DNA of 64,000 nt. Source: an uncultured Myxococcales bacterium (GTDB lineage Bacteria; Myxococcota_A; Bradymonadia; REDH01). Every line of letters begins with the position of its first letter. Position 1 is the first letter of the stretch. Below, in pieces: positions 55,052 to 63,051 of this stretch. The DNA lies in contig CBDUJZ010000001.1 in NCBI GenBank assembly GCA_965367675.1, positions 20,856-84,855 on the forward strand, written 5' to 3'. Below the pieces are notes generated by a model that was not told where the DNA came from, did not search any database, and saw only the letters and a program-made list of their open reading frames with translations. The position numbers and the translations under genes were made by a program.

Positions 55052-56274
55052 GTACGGCGATGTATCTGGCCACGTCTGTGGTGTTCTGGTGTCTGCTCGG
55101 GGCTGTGCTGTGGGTGTACTTTGGATACCCCGCGCTGGTGGTGATGCTGGCGCGGCGGGGTGCTCGAATGGGCCACCTGCGCAAAGGCCAGGCGGATGCG
55201 GAGGGCGCCCCGTCGGATGCGGAGGGCGCAACGTCGGATGTGGAGCTGCCGCGCGTGACGGTGGTGGTGGCAGCGTTCAACGAAGAGGCGGTGATCGACG
55301 ACAAGATTCGCTGTGTGTTGGCGAGTGCGTATCCGGCCGACCGCCTCGAGATCATCATCGCGTCGGACGGTTCTACGGACGGTACAGCGGCCAAGGTTCA
55401 GGCGTGGTCGGACCCGCGTGTGCGGTTCATGGACTTGCCTCGCGGCGGCAAGACGACGGCGCTGAACGCCGCTTGCGCCGCCGCGACCGGCGAGATTCTG
55501 GTGTGCACGGACGCGACCACGGAGCTGGCCGCCAGCACATTGAAGACCCTTATTGCGGCGTTCGCTGACCCGCGCGTTGGGTGCGTGGGCGCCGACCTGG
55601 AGTACGTGTCGGAGCAGGGGACGGCCGTGGGTGCGGGCACGGGCGCGTACTGGCGGTACGAGCGCGCGATTCGCCGAAGCGAGGCGGCGGTCTGCTCGAT
55701 GATCGGCTGCAGCGGTGCGCTGTACGCGGTCCGGGCTGCGGCCCATCGACCGATCCACGCTGAGCTGGACGACGACTTTACGATGCCGTGGGAGGTGTAC
55801 GACCAGGGGTACGTGACGGCCTACGCGGTGGGTGCGGTTTCGCGCGAGCCGACCAACGAAGAGCAGGGCGCGGACTTTCGGATGCGGGTGCGCGTGGCGC
55901 TGCGGGCGATCAACGCGTTGACGCGTCGGCGTAGGTACTTGAATCCGCTGCGGTACGGGTGGTTTGCGGTGCAGCTGATGTCGCACAAGTGGCTGCGCTA
56001 CGCGGTGCCGTGGGCGCTACTCGCGCTGTTGCCGTTGAACGTCCTGTTGGTCGCCACGGGCCCTTGTCGAATACTGTATGGCGTGCTTTTAGCGGGGCAG
56101 GCCTTCATCTACGCCATCTCGCTGCTCGGCGGCTTGAGCGCGCGCGCTGGGTGGAAGGTTCCGATTGTCCATATCCCCTATTATTTCATGCACATGAACG
56201 CGGCCGCCCTTGTGGCGTGGCTCCGGTTCGCTGGTGGAGATCGCGCGATAACGTGGGACACGAGCAGAAATTGA
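55048..56274 (+). CDS. Glycosyltransferase family 2 with C-terminal TM helices
   Basis: VTVVVAAFNEE, IIIASDGSTDGT, VCTDATT, and C-terminal TM segments. The GTG overlaps the upstream TGA (GTGA). Confidence 0.85.
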   Translation: MSTAMYLATSVVFWCLLGAVLWVYFGYPALVVMLARRGARMGHLRKGQADAEGAPSDAEGATSDVELPRVTVVVAAFNEEAVIDDKIRCVLASAYPADRLEIIIASDGSTDGTAAKVQAWSDPRVRFMDLPRGGKTTALNAACAAATGEILVCTDATTELAASTLKTLIAAFADPRVGCVGADLEYVSEQGTAVGAGTGAYWRYERAIRRSEAAVCSMIGCSGALYAVRAAAHRPIHAELDDDFTMPWEVYDQGYVTAYAVGAVSREPTNEEQGADFRMRVRVALRAINALTRRRRYLNPLRYGWFAVQLMSHKWLRYAVPWALLALLPLNVLLVATGPCRILYGVLLAGQAFIYAISLLGGLSARAGWKVPIVHIPYYFMHMNAAALVAWLRFAGGDRAITWDTSRN

Positions 56275-57716
56275 TCGGGCGCTGTTTGATCGTCGGGACG
56301 CGACATGCGGTTCCCACGCTCGATGTGAGCACCGCGCTGGAGCGCGCTGGGTTCGAAGTGCACGTCGAGGAGTGGCCGGGACCGGTGCGTCGCGGGCTGT
56401 TCGATTGGGCGATCGACCTGGCTGGCCGCCGGCTCAACGCGGAAGTGTTTCAATATGGGGTGTGGTGGCTGGAGACCGAGCACGGCGGGCGCTGGCCTGC
56501 TGGATCGGCTGGCACCGCAGAGATTGCCGACGCGGTTCCGCTGACCGGCCTGCGGTTGAACGCGCGCGGCGGCCTGTTCGGGCAGCACCCGAAGGTGGTG
56601 CGCGACGCGTGGATTCGCACGGACCCGTATTCGCCTGTTCGGCAGCGCTATCGCGTGGACCGGCTGGCGTGTGAGCTCATCGAGCGGGCGGCGCTCGACC
56701 TGCAGTCCGGTACGGTGACGCCGCTCGAAGATGCGGAGCCGGCGCCGCGTCCACACCGCCTCTCGTATGCCCAGACCCGCCGGTTGCCGTTTCAGAAGTG
56801 GCGGGGTTGGGCCGCGGCCCAGGTGGACGATACGTTCTTGTCGGACCACTGGACCGTGGGCGTGGTGAACGCGCCGGTACACCGGTTCTTGGACCCTGAT
56901 TTTCGGCCCACGGTCGACTGGCTGGAGCAGCCTAGCCGTGAGGTGTTCGAGGCCGACCCGCATATTGTGCTGCGTGATGACGGCGCGTGGGATGTGTACG
57001 CCGAGGCGTTCGATTATCGCGTTGGTGTCGGCACGATCGTGGCGCGGCGGTTCGAGAATGGCACATGGGGTCCGAGTCGGCCGGTGCTCTCGGCGGAGCA
57101 CCACCTGTCGTACCCGCACGTGTTTGAGGCCGGCGCGCGCCGCTTTGCCACGTACGAGTGTGCGGAGTCTGGGCGCATCAACCTATGCTCGGTCGACCGC
57201 GCTGGTGGGTGGACGCCCGGGGAGCCGATGCTGGATTTCCCGGGCTTGGACCCCACCGTGTTCGCCCACGAGGGGCGCTGGTGGCTCTTCGCGACCGACG
57301 GCACGCGCACCAAGGTCGACGTGTTGCACGCGTGGTACTCCGAGTCTCCGACGGGGCCTTGGACGCCGCACGCGCGCAACCCGATCAAGGTGGACGTGCG
57401 GTCGAGTCGTCCGGCTGGAGCCTTGTTCCGGCACGAGGGCAATCTGTATCGGCCGGCCCAGGACGGCACGAGCGGGTATGGCTCCGCGATCGGCATCTGC
57501 CGGGTGGACGAGCTGACGCCGGACACGTTCTCGGAGACGCGGGTGGCCACGGTGCCGCCGTTCGCTCAGCGTCCGGACGGCATTCACACGCTGAACGGCG
57601 TGGGCGAGATGTCGGTGGTGGACGGAAAGCGGCGGATTGTGGTGCCCAGCACCATCGACATGCGGGTCCAGCAGAAGCTGGAAGTGCTGCGCGGCTTGTT
57701 CGGCGGCATTCACTAG
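56271..57716 (+). CDS. Two-domain protein of unknown function (Rossmann-like N-terminus plus beta-propeller-like C-terminus)
   Basis: Track ORF 55959..57716 trimmed to TTG 56271, which overlaps the GT2 stop (TTGA). The C-terminal half (WTVGVVNAP.., EADPHIV.., LSYPHVFE.., LDPTVFAHEGRWWLFATDG.., SRPAGALFRHEGNLYRPAQDG) shows reiterated propeller-blade-like motifs. The start is uncertain. Confidence 0.5.
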   Translation: MIGRCLIVGTRHAVPTLDVSTALERAGFEVHVEEWPGPVRRGLFDWAIDLAGRRLNAEVFQYGVWWLETEHGGRWPAGSAGTAEIADAVPLTGLRLNARGGLFGQHPKVVRDAWIRTDPYSPVRQRYRVDRLACELIERAALDLQSGTVTPLEDAEPAPRPHRLSYAQTRRLPFQKWRGWAAAQVDDTFLSDHWTVGVVNAPVHRFLDPDFRPTVDWLEQPSREVFEADPHIVLRDDGAWDVYAEAFDYRVGVGTIVARRFENGTWGPSRPVLSAEHHLSYPHVFEAGARRFATYECAESGRINLCSVDRAGGWTPGEPMLDFPGLDPTVFAHEGRWWLFATDGTRTKVDVLHAWYSESPTGPWTPHARNPIKVDVRSSRPAGALFRHEGNLYRPAQDGTSGYGSAIGICRVDELTPDTFSETRVATVPPFAQRPDGIHTLNGVGEMSVVDGKRRIVVPSTIDMRVQQKLEVLRGLFGGIH

Positions 57717-57774
57717 CGGCGCGGTCCGGTGGTGGCTCGGCGCTCTAGCGTCGCGCGCGGGCTACGAAATGGGG

Positions 57775-57817
57775 TGACAAAAACAACGGACGCCGCAGCT
57801 CCTGAAGCTGCGGCGTC
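57775..57817 (-). terminator. Rho-independent terminator (minus strand) between the polysaccharide locus and the beta-barrel gene
   Basis: Perfect 12-bp stem GACGCCGCAGCT/AGCTGCGGCGTC (57789-57800 and 57806-57817). On the minus strand it is followed by CGTTGTTTTTGTCAC. Confidence 0.6.
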
Positions 57818-58001
57818 TCGACGGTTGCCCGTCGGCGAACCCAGCGCTGAAGGCCCTGGGTTCTGGCAGGCCGACGGATACGCCGGAGCTGCCGATGGTG
57901 GCTTCATGGTAACCGGACGACGTGCGTCCTGCCGTCCGGTCACCACGAGCCCACAAGCGTGGGGATAACCTCAGGCCTCGCGAACGAGGCCCGAGGTCAG
58001 G

Positions 58002-58991
58002 CTACCACCACGCGAGTAGTTCTAGAGCCGAAGTCACGCCTACGTCGCCCTCGTTGGGCACGTCAGCGCGGACTTCAGCGACAAGTCCGAAGTTCTCGGC
58101 GAGCGTGAACAGACCGGCGCCGGTGATGCTGGCGTTGGACGTTGTGAGGTCCACGCCGGCGACCGTCTCGGTGCTGGTCAGGTAGTCAAATCGCACCGTC
58201 GCCGACGTGGCGTCGGAGATGGCGTACGAGAACGTGGTCAACGCGCCGATGCTCATGAAGTCCTCGTGCATGCCGAGGTTGACCTCGCCGAGGAACGTGA
58301 GGTCGCCGAACGTGAGACCGGTGTCGATGTCGAAGATGGTGTGCGGGTTGCCGCCCGGGAGCGGGCCGCTGTCGGCGGTGAGGGCCACGTAGCCGGGGGC
58401 GAACGCGTACTCGAGCCGGGCGCCCATGGAGGCGGAGCGGGGCATTCCGGGGGTGTCCCAGCCGTTGGTGACCCACACCTGCGCCGAGATGGTGTCGCTG
58501 CGGTATCCGGTGAAGAGACCGGTCAGGTTGGTCGCGGTCGGGATCTGGCCGAAGCTGTACTGGTACAGGTCGACGGGGTCGACGCCTTCTGCGCCCCACG
58601 GCACGTTGGCCTTACCGGCGCGCAGGAAGAAGCCGTTCTCATGCTCCCAGTCGATGTAGCCCTGCTCGAACAGGTCGTCGGGGACGAACGAGGCCGACTG
58701 GGGGAACACTTCGAGGTCGGCGCGGATGGTGAGTCCGGAGCCGGCGACCGGCGTGGCCTCGATGTCGAGCTCGACCTGGTCGAGACCGAAGGTGACCTCA
58801 TCGGCGTCGTCGGCGGCGACGATCGGGATGACGACGGAGGTGTCTACGAAGCCGGAGAAGGTGACGCTCGGGCCGTCCTCGGTACCCAGGGTTTGGGCGG
58901 CCAGAGGGGCCGCGAGGGCCGTGGTGAGCGTGAGCGATGAAGCGGTGACGAGCGTCTTAAGCGCGCGGCGGCTGGCTTTGGAGTTGTTCAT
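58002..58991 (-). CDS. Outer-membrane beta-barrel (porin-like) protein
   Basis: Signal LTLTTALAAPLAAQ. Alternating amphipathic beta-strand pattern (e.g. YAFAPGYVALTADSG, LTFLGEVNLGM, TVRFDYLTS). Aromatic C-terminus LELLAWW. Confidence 0.6.
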   Translation of the reverse strand: MNNSKASRRALKTLVTASSLTLTTALAAPLAAQTLGTEDGPSVTFSGFVDTSVVIPIVAADDADEVTFGLDQVELDIEATPVAGSGLTIRADLEVFPQSASFVPDDLFEQGYIDWEHENGFFLRAGKANVPWGAEGVDPVDLYQYSFGQIPTATNLTGLFTGYRSDTISAQVWVTNGWDTPGMPRSASMGARLEYAFAPGYVALTADSGPLPGGNPHTIFDIDTGLTFGDLTFLGEVNLGMHEDFMSIGALTTFSYAISDATSATVRFDYLTSTETVAGVDLTTSNASITGAGLFTLAENFGLVAEVRADVPNEGDVGVTSALELLAWW

Positions 58992-59068
58992 GATGGTGTA
59001 TCCGTAATTTTGCGTAAGTGGGGCGTCCGACCGCGCCGTCCGTGGGCTGGACGGCGCGGGTCAGTGGC

Positions 59069-59156
59069 GGCTCGCAGCGGTTGCTGCGGTGGCTCGCAGC
59101 GGTTGCTGCGGTGGCTCGCAGCGGTTGCTGCTTCGGTTTGCAGCGGTCGCTGCAGG
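59069..59156. repeat. Tandem array, 4 x 22 bp (GGCTCGCAGCGGTTGCTGCGGT), each unit with a GCAGC-N4-GCTGC mini-hairpin
   Basis: Units at 59069-59090 and 59091-59112 are identical. Units at 59113-59134 and 59135-59156 are degenerate. The array lies between the glnK stop and the beta-barrel gene start. Confidence 0.9.
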
Positions 59157-59202
59157 GCGGGGCGTTTGGCGGGACTAGGGGAGTTCCGCCGGTTGGACTC
59201 GC

Positions 59203-59544
59203 TTAACCGATGGCGTCGTTTCCATCTTCGCCGGTGCGGATGCGGATGCATCGCTCGAGCGGTGTGACGAAGATTTTTCCGTCGCCGATTTCGCCGGTGC
59301 GGGCGCCCTCGATGATGGCCTCGATGGTGCGGTCAACGAACTCGTCGTTGACGGCGCACTCGATGCGGACCTTCTTGAGGAGGTTGATCTCGATGTCTGC
59401 GCCTCGGTACTGCTCGTGGTACCCGCCCTGTGAGCCAGCGCCGAGGGCGTTGGTCACGGAGAGTCGGGCGACGGCCTTGTCGGCGAGGGCGCGCTTCACT
59501 TGGGGAAGCCGTTCGGGCTGAATGTAAGCGATGATGAGTTTCAT
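59203..59544 (-). CDS. glnK: P-II nitrogen regulatory protein
   Basis: Track ORF trimmed to ATG 59544 (AGGAGA upstream). [21 protein letters not shown]-loop [35 protein letters not shown]. It lies immediately downstream of amt. Confidence 0.92.
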   Translation of the reverse strand: MKLIIAYIQPERLPQVKRALADKAVARLSVTNALGAGSQGGYHEQYRGADIEINLLKKVRIECAVNDEFVDRTIEAIIEGARTGEIGDGKIFVTPLERCIRIRTGEDGNDAIG

Positions 59545-59604
59545 CTGTTTCTCCTGAAGTCGTGTTGACGTCGGAGCCAAGCGCCGCTCGGCTCCGTGTG
59601 TTGT

Positions 59605-60840
59605 CTAGTGCGTGGTGAAGATCTGGAAGCCAGCGTAGGCCTCTTGGCCGTGCTCAGCGATATCCAGACCCTGCATCTCTTCGTGCTCACCGACGCGGAT
59701 TCCGAGCGTCTTCTTGAGGATGAAGAACAGGATGAACGACGAGGTGAAGCAAAGCGCGCCGGTGGCGAGGACGCCGATGATCTGCACGCCCACGCTCTTG
59801 TCGGTTCCGAAGATGCCGGTGGCGATGGTGCCCCAGATGCCGCACACGAGGTGGACGCTGACGGCGCCGACCGGGTCGTCGAGCTTGGCGCGGTCGAGAC
59901 CGATGACGGAGAAGACGACGAGGACGCCGGCGACGGCGCCGATGATGACGGACTCCATGGGCGTGATGACGTCGGCGCCGGCGGTGATGCCGACCAGGCC
60001 GGCGAGCGCGCCGTTGAACAACATGGTGACGTCGGGCTTCTTCTGGACGATCCAGGTGGTGGCCATGGCACCCATGACACCGGCGCAGGCGCCGAGCGTG
60101 GTGGTGACGAACACGAGGGAGACGCTGGCCGGGTCGGCCGAGAGCACGGAGCCACCGTTGAATCCGAACCAACCGAACCAGAGGAGGAAGGCGCCGATGG
60201 CGGCGAGCGGCATGCTGTGGCCCATGATGGGGTACACGCGGCCGTTTACGTACTTACCAATACGCGGTCCGAGCACGATGATGCCCGCGAGCGCAGCCCA
60301 GCCACCGACCGAGTGAACGATCGTGGAGCCGGCGAAGTCGTGGAAGCCCTTCGCGGCCAACCAGCCGCCGCCCCAGTGCCACATGCCGACGATCGGGTAG
60401 ATCACCGCGACGTAGACGGTGCTGAAGATGAGGAAGGAGTGCAGCTTGACGCGCTCAGCGACGGCGCCGGACACGATGGTGGCTGCGGTCGCCGCGAACA
60501 TCGCCTGGAAGATGAAGTCAGTCCAGTACGTGTACGAGGGGTTGTATGCTGTGGTGAGCTGCTCGGCGGTGGCCGAGATACCGAAGCCCGCGAATCCGAA
60601 GAACCCGCCCGCGAAAGCCTCGCCGGGGTACATCAGGTTGAAACCGCAGATGGCGTACGTGAGCACGCCGATGGCTACGATGCCGATGTTCTTGAAGAGA
60701 ATGTTTACCGTGTTCTTCGAGCGCGTGAGGCCTGTCTCAAGGCACGCGAAGCCAAGGTGCATCATGAAGACCAAGCAGGCCGCAACGAGCATCCACGTGT
60801 TGTGAATGATGAAGGCCAAGTTATCTGGTGTCAGTTCCAT
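59605..60840 (-). CDS. amt: Ammonium transporter (Amt family)
   Basis: 411 aa and polytopic. FHDFAGSTIVHSVGGWAALAG, WFGWFGFNGGS, VHLVCGIWGTIATGIF. Confidence 0.95.
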   Translation of the reverse strand: MELTPDNLAFIIHNTWMLVAACLVFMMHLGFACLETGLTRSKNTVNILFKNIGIVAIGVLTYAICGFNLMYPGEAFAGGFFGFAGFGISATAEQLTTAYNPSYTYWTDFIFQAMFAATAATIVSGAVAERVKLHSFLIFSTVYVAVIYPIVGMWHWGGGWLAAKGFHDFAGSTIVHSVGGWAALAGIIVLGPRIGKYVNGRVYPIMGHSMPLAAIGAFLLWFGWFGFNGGSVLSADPASVSLVFVTTTLGACAGVMGAMATTWIVQKKPDVTMLFNGALAGLVGITAGADVITPMESVIIGAVAGVLVVFSVIGLDRAKLDDPVGAVSVHLVCGIWGTIATGIFGTDKSVGVQIIGVLATGALCFTSSFILFFILKKTLGIRVGEHEEMQGLDIAEHGQEAYAGFQIFTTH

Positions 60841-60905
60841 TTTTGCTTTTGCACTGGGGGGCGGGAAATCCGAGGCCGGACGCAGCCGTCGGTGATGTCC
60901 TCTAG

Positions 60906-60921
60906 TGCAGCAGCCGTGCCA
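60906..60921 (-). promoter_or_regulatory. Sigma-54 (-24/-12) promoter of amt-glnK
   Basis: The minus strand reads TGGCAC-GGCTG-CTGCA. This matches the consensus TGGCAC-N5-TTGCA with one mismatch and correct spacing. The -12 element lies 66 nt upstream of the amt ATG, and a sigma-54 activator gene is adjacent. Confidence 0.7.
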
Positions 60922-61022
60922 ACCTCGGATCTGTGGGTTTCGGTTTTCGCAAGTGTTCGATTTTAAAGGGGTTTGTGGTTTGCTCTCTGCGCTCTCACCC
61001 CAATGTCGGATCGAAGGTCATT

Positions 61023-61067
61023 CCTACATTTCCGTAGGTATGGCCCCTGTTCCTACGCAGGCGTAGG
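61023..61067. promoter_or_regulatory. Candidate enhancer (UAS): two CCTAC-N6-GTAGG palindromes
   Basis: TTCCTAC-ATTTCC-GTAGG (61023-61038) and TTCCTAC-GCAGGC-GTAGG (61052-61067). Centres are 29 bp apart, about 100-150 bp upstream of the sigma-54 promoter. Confidence 0.4.
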
Positions 61068-61255
61068 TTCCTGGAGCACGATGGCACGAACGATCGGCGC
61101 ACGGGATCGGACGCGCGATCGGGCGCGCGATCGGGCGGGGGCTCGGCGCGCATCTTCCGCACGCTTTCGCGCGACCGAAGGCAGGCCTCCGTGGCCTCGT
61201 TTTGTCCCCCTGGACGTGTGACCGCGCGCTCGCATGGGCGCGGTCCGGCGGTGCT

Positions 61256-62818
61256 CTAGCGGTCGGACGCGCGCTGCTTAAAGCGGGTGGGCATCAGGCC
61301 GTGCTTCTTCACGCGGAGGCCCATGATGCGCTCGGTGATGCCGAGCTCACGGGCGGCCGCGGTCATGTTGCCTTTGTGGGACTTGAGGGCATCGAGGATC
61401 AGGGCGCGCTCAAGGTTGTCGATGCGGTTGATCAGCGTGCCCTGGCCGCGCGTGCCCGACGACTCCGCCGTTTGCAGGCTCGGCGGCAGGTGCGTGGCGT
61501 GGATGACGCCTTCACTCGACAGCAGCACGGCGCGCTCGATGCAGTTCTCGAGTTCGCGCACGTTGCCGGGCCAGTGGTAGGCGGTGAGCATATCGAGCGC
61601 CGACGTGGCGATGCGCCGCACGGACTTGCCGTGCGTGCCGCCGTACTTGGTCACGAAGTGGTCGGCGAGGGCGACCACGTCGGAGCCGCGATCGCGCAGC
61701 GGCGGCGTGTGGATCGGGAAGATGTTGAGGCGGTACAGCAGGTCCAAGCGGAAGCGGCCTTGCTCGACCATTTGGTCGAGGTTCTGGCTGGTCGCGGTGA
61801 GCACGCGGACGTCGACCTTGAGGGTCTTGGTGCCGCCGACGCGCTCCAGTTCGCGTTCTTGGAGGACGCGCAGCAGCTTCACCTGCGTCGCGGGCGTGAG
61901 CTCTCCGACCTCGTCCAAGAAGAGGGTGCCGCCGTCGGCGAGCTCGAAGCGGCCCTTGCGCAGCTGTGTGGCGCCGGTGAACGCGCCGCGCTCGTGGCCG
62001 AACAGCTCGCTCTCGACGATGTTCTCGGGCAGGGCGCCGCAGTTCACGCGGATGAACGGGGCGGTCGCGCGGCTGCTGTTATAGTGGATCGCGTGGGCGA
62101 CCAGCTCCTTACCGGTGCCGCTCTCGCCGGTGATGAGCACGGTGGTGGGCGTGTCGGCCACCTGCTCGATCAGCGTGTAGACTTCCTGCATCGGCTTGGA
62201 CTTGCCGACGATGTTCTCGGGCTTGAACTTGGTCTCGAGGGAGCGCTGAAGCCGCGCGTTCTCGTCGCGCAGGCGCTTGTGCGCGTTCTGCGCTTGGCGG
62301 CGCAGCTCCACGCCTTGCGAGACCAACGTGCCCACGATCTGCAGCACGCGGGCCACGTCTTCGAGGTTGGTCGCCGAGTCGTGCGCGCGGTCTACGCTGA
62401 GGGCGCCTACCACCTCGCGGCCGACGACCAGGGGCACGCACACAAAGGAGACGTCGCTGGTGGTCAGGCGCTTGCGGGCGCCCGTGCGGTTCAGGAACTC
62501 TTCGTTCTCCGACAGCCGCGGCACGATGACCACCTGGCCGGTCTCGACGACGCGGCCGGTGACACCCTCGCCGAGCTTGTAGCGCCCGCGAAACTGCTGA
62601 CTCTCCGACAGGCCGTAAGCCGCCTCGATGAACAGCTCGTGCGTCTCGCTGTCCAGGAGGGTGATGGTGGCGCGCATCATCGACGAGCGGTCCACGAGCA
62701 ACTTGAGGGCTTCTTCGACGCCGACCTGCGGGTCCGACGTCGCGTTCAGGACGGCCGCGACCTCGTGCAGCAGCGCGAGCTCGATCTCCGGTGCGTGGTT
62801 GGCGGTTTGATTACTCAT
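61256..62818 (-). CDS. Sigma-54-dependent transcriptional activator, GAF-AAA+-HTH (NifA-like architecture, no receiver domain)
   Basis: N-terminal GAF-like region (RATITLLD..GEGVTGRVVETGQVV..VCVPL). Walker A GESGTGKE, ESELFGHERGAFTGA, and the Fis-type HTH AAARELGITERIMGLRVKKHGL. Confidence 0.9.
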   Translation of the reverse strand: MSNQTANHAPEIELALLHEVAAVLNATSDPQVGVEEALKLLVDRSSMMRATITLLDSETHELFIEAAYGLSESQQFRGRYKLGEGVTGRVVETGQVVIVPRLSENEEFLNRTGARKRLTTSDVSFVCVPLVVGREVVGALSVDRAHDSATNLEDVARVLQIVGTLVSQGVELRRQAQNAHKRLRDENARLQRSLETKFKPENIVGKSKPMQEVYTLIEQVADTPTTVLITGESGTGKELVAHAIHYNSSRATAPFIRVNCGALPENIVESELFGHERGAFTGATQLRKGRFELADGGTLFLDEVGELTPATQVKLLRVLQERELERVGGTKTLKVDVRVLTATSQNLDQMVEQGRFRLDLLYRLNIFPIHTPPLRDRGSDVVALADHFVTKYGGTHGKSVRRIATSALDMLTAYHWPGNVRELENCIERAVLLSSEGVIHATHLPPSLQTAESSGTRGQGTLINRIDNLERALILDALKSHKGNMTAAARELGITERIMGLRVKKHGLMPTRFKQRASDR

Positions 62819-63051
62819 AACGATCCAGGATAACGCAATCCTACCAAAATGTAGGCCGGCGCATTTCAGGTGTATGCCTAGGCCGCAGCAAACGCACGCC
62901 GCGGTGAGCCCGCCTTATCGCGATTCCTACAATTTCGAAACCATCGCGCATGCGGTCTCGAGGCCAACACCGCTGGAATCTCGTGCCGTGGGGATGACAA
63001 CCCACCGGACGCGCGCTATCTGCGCTGCCACCCGCCCACCCCCACATCCCC

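Noticed and set aside
58002-58991. The beta-barrel gene as the OM partner of the Wza-like exporter
   Set aside because: The Wza-like protein retains a hydrophobic C-terminal helix that could span the OM by itself. The barrel gene lies on the amt-glnK strand, convergent to the glycosyltransferase arm and separated from it by a terminator. This is not excluded, only less supported than the amt linkage.
59596-62833. Plus-strand ORFs 59596..60966 and 61202..62833 antisense to amt and the sigma-54 activator
   Set aside because: They have antisense low-complexity composition. The minus frames carry unmistakable Amt and AAA+/GAFTGA motifs.
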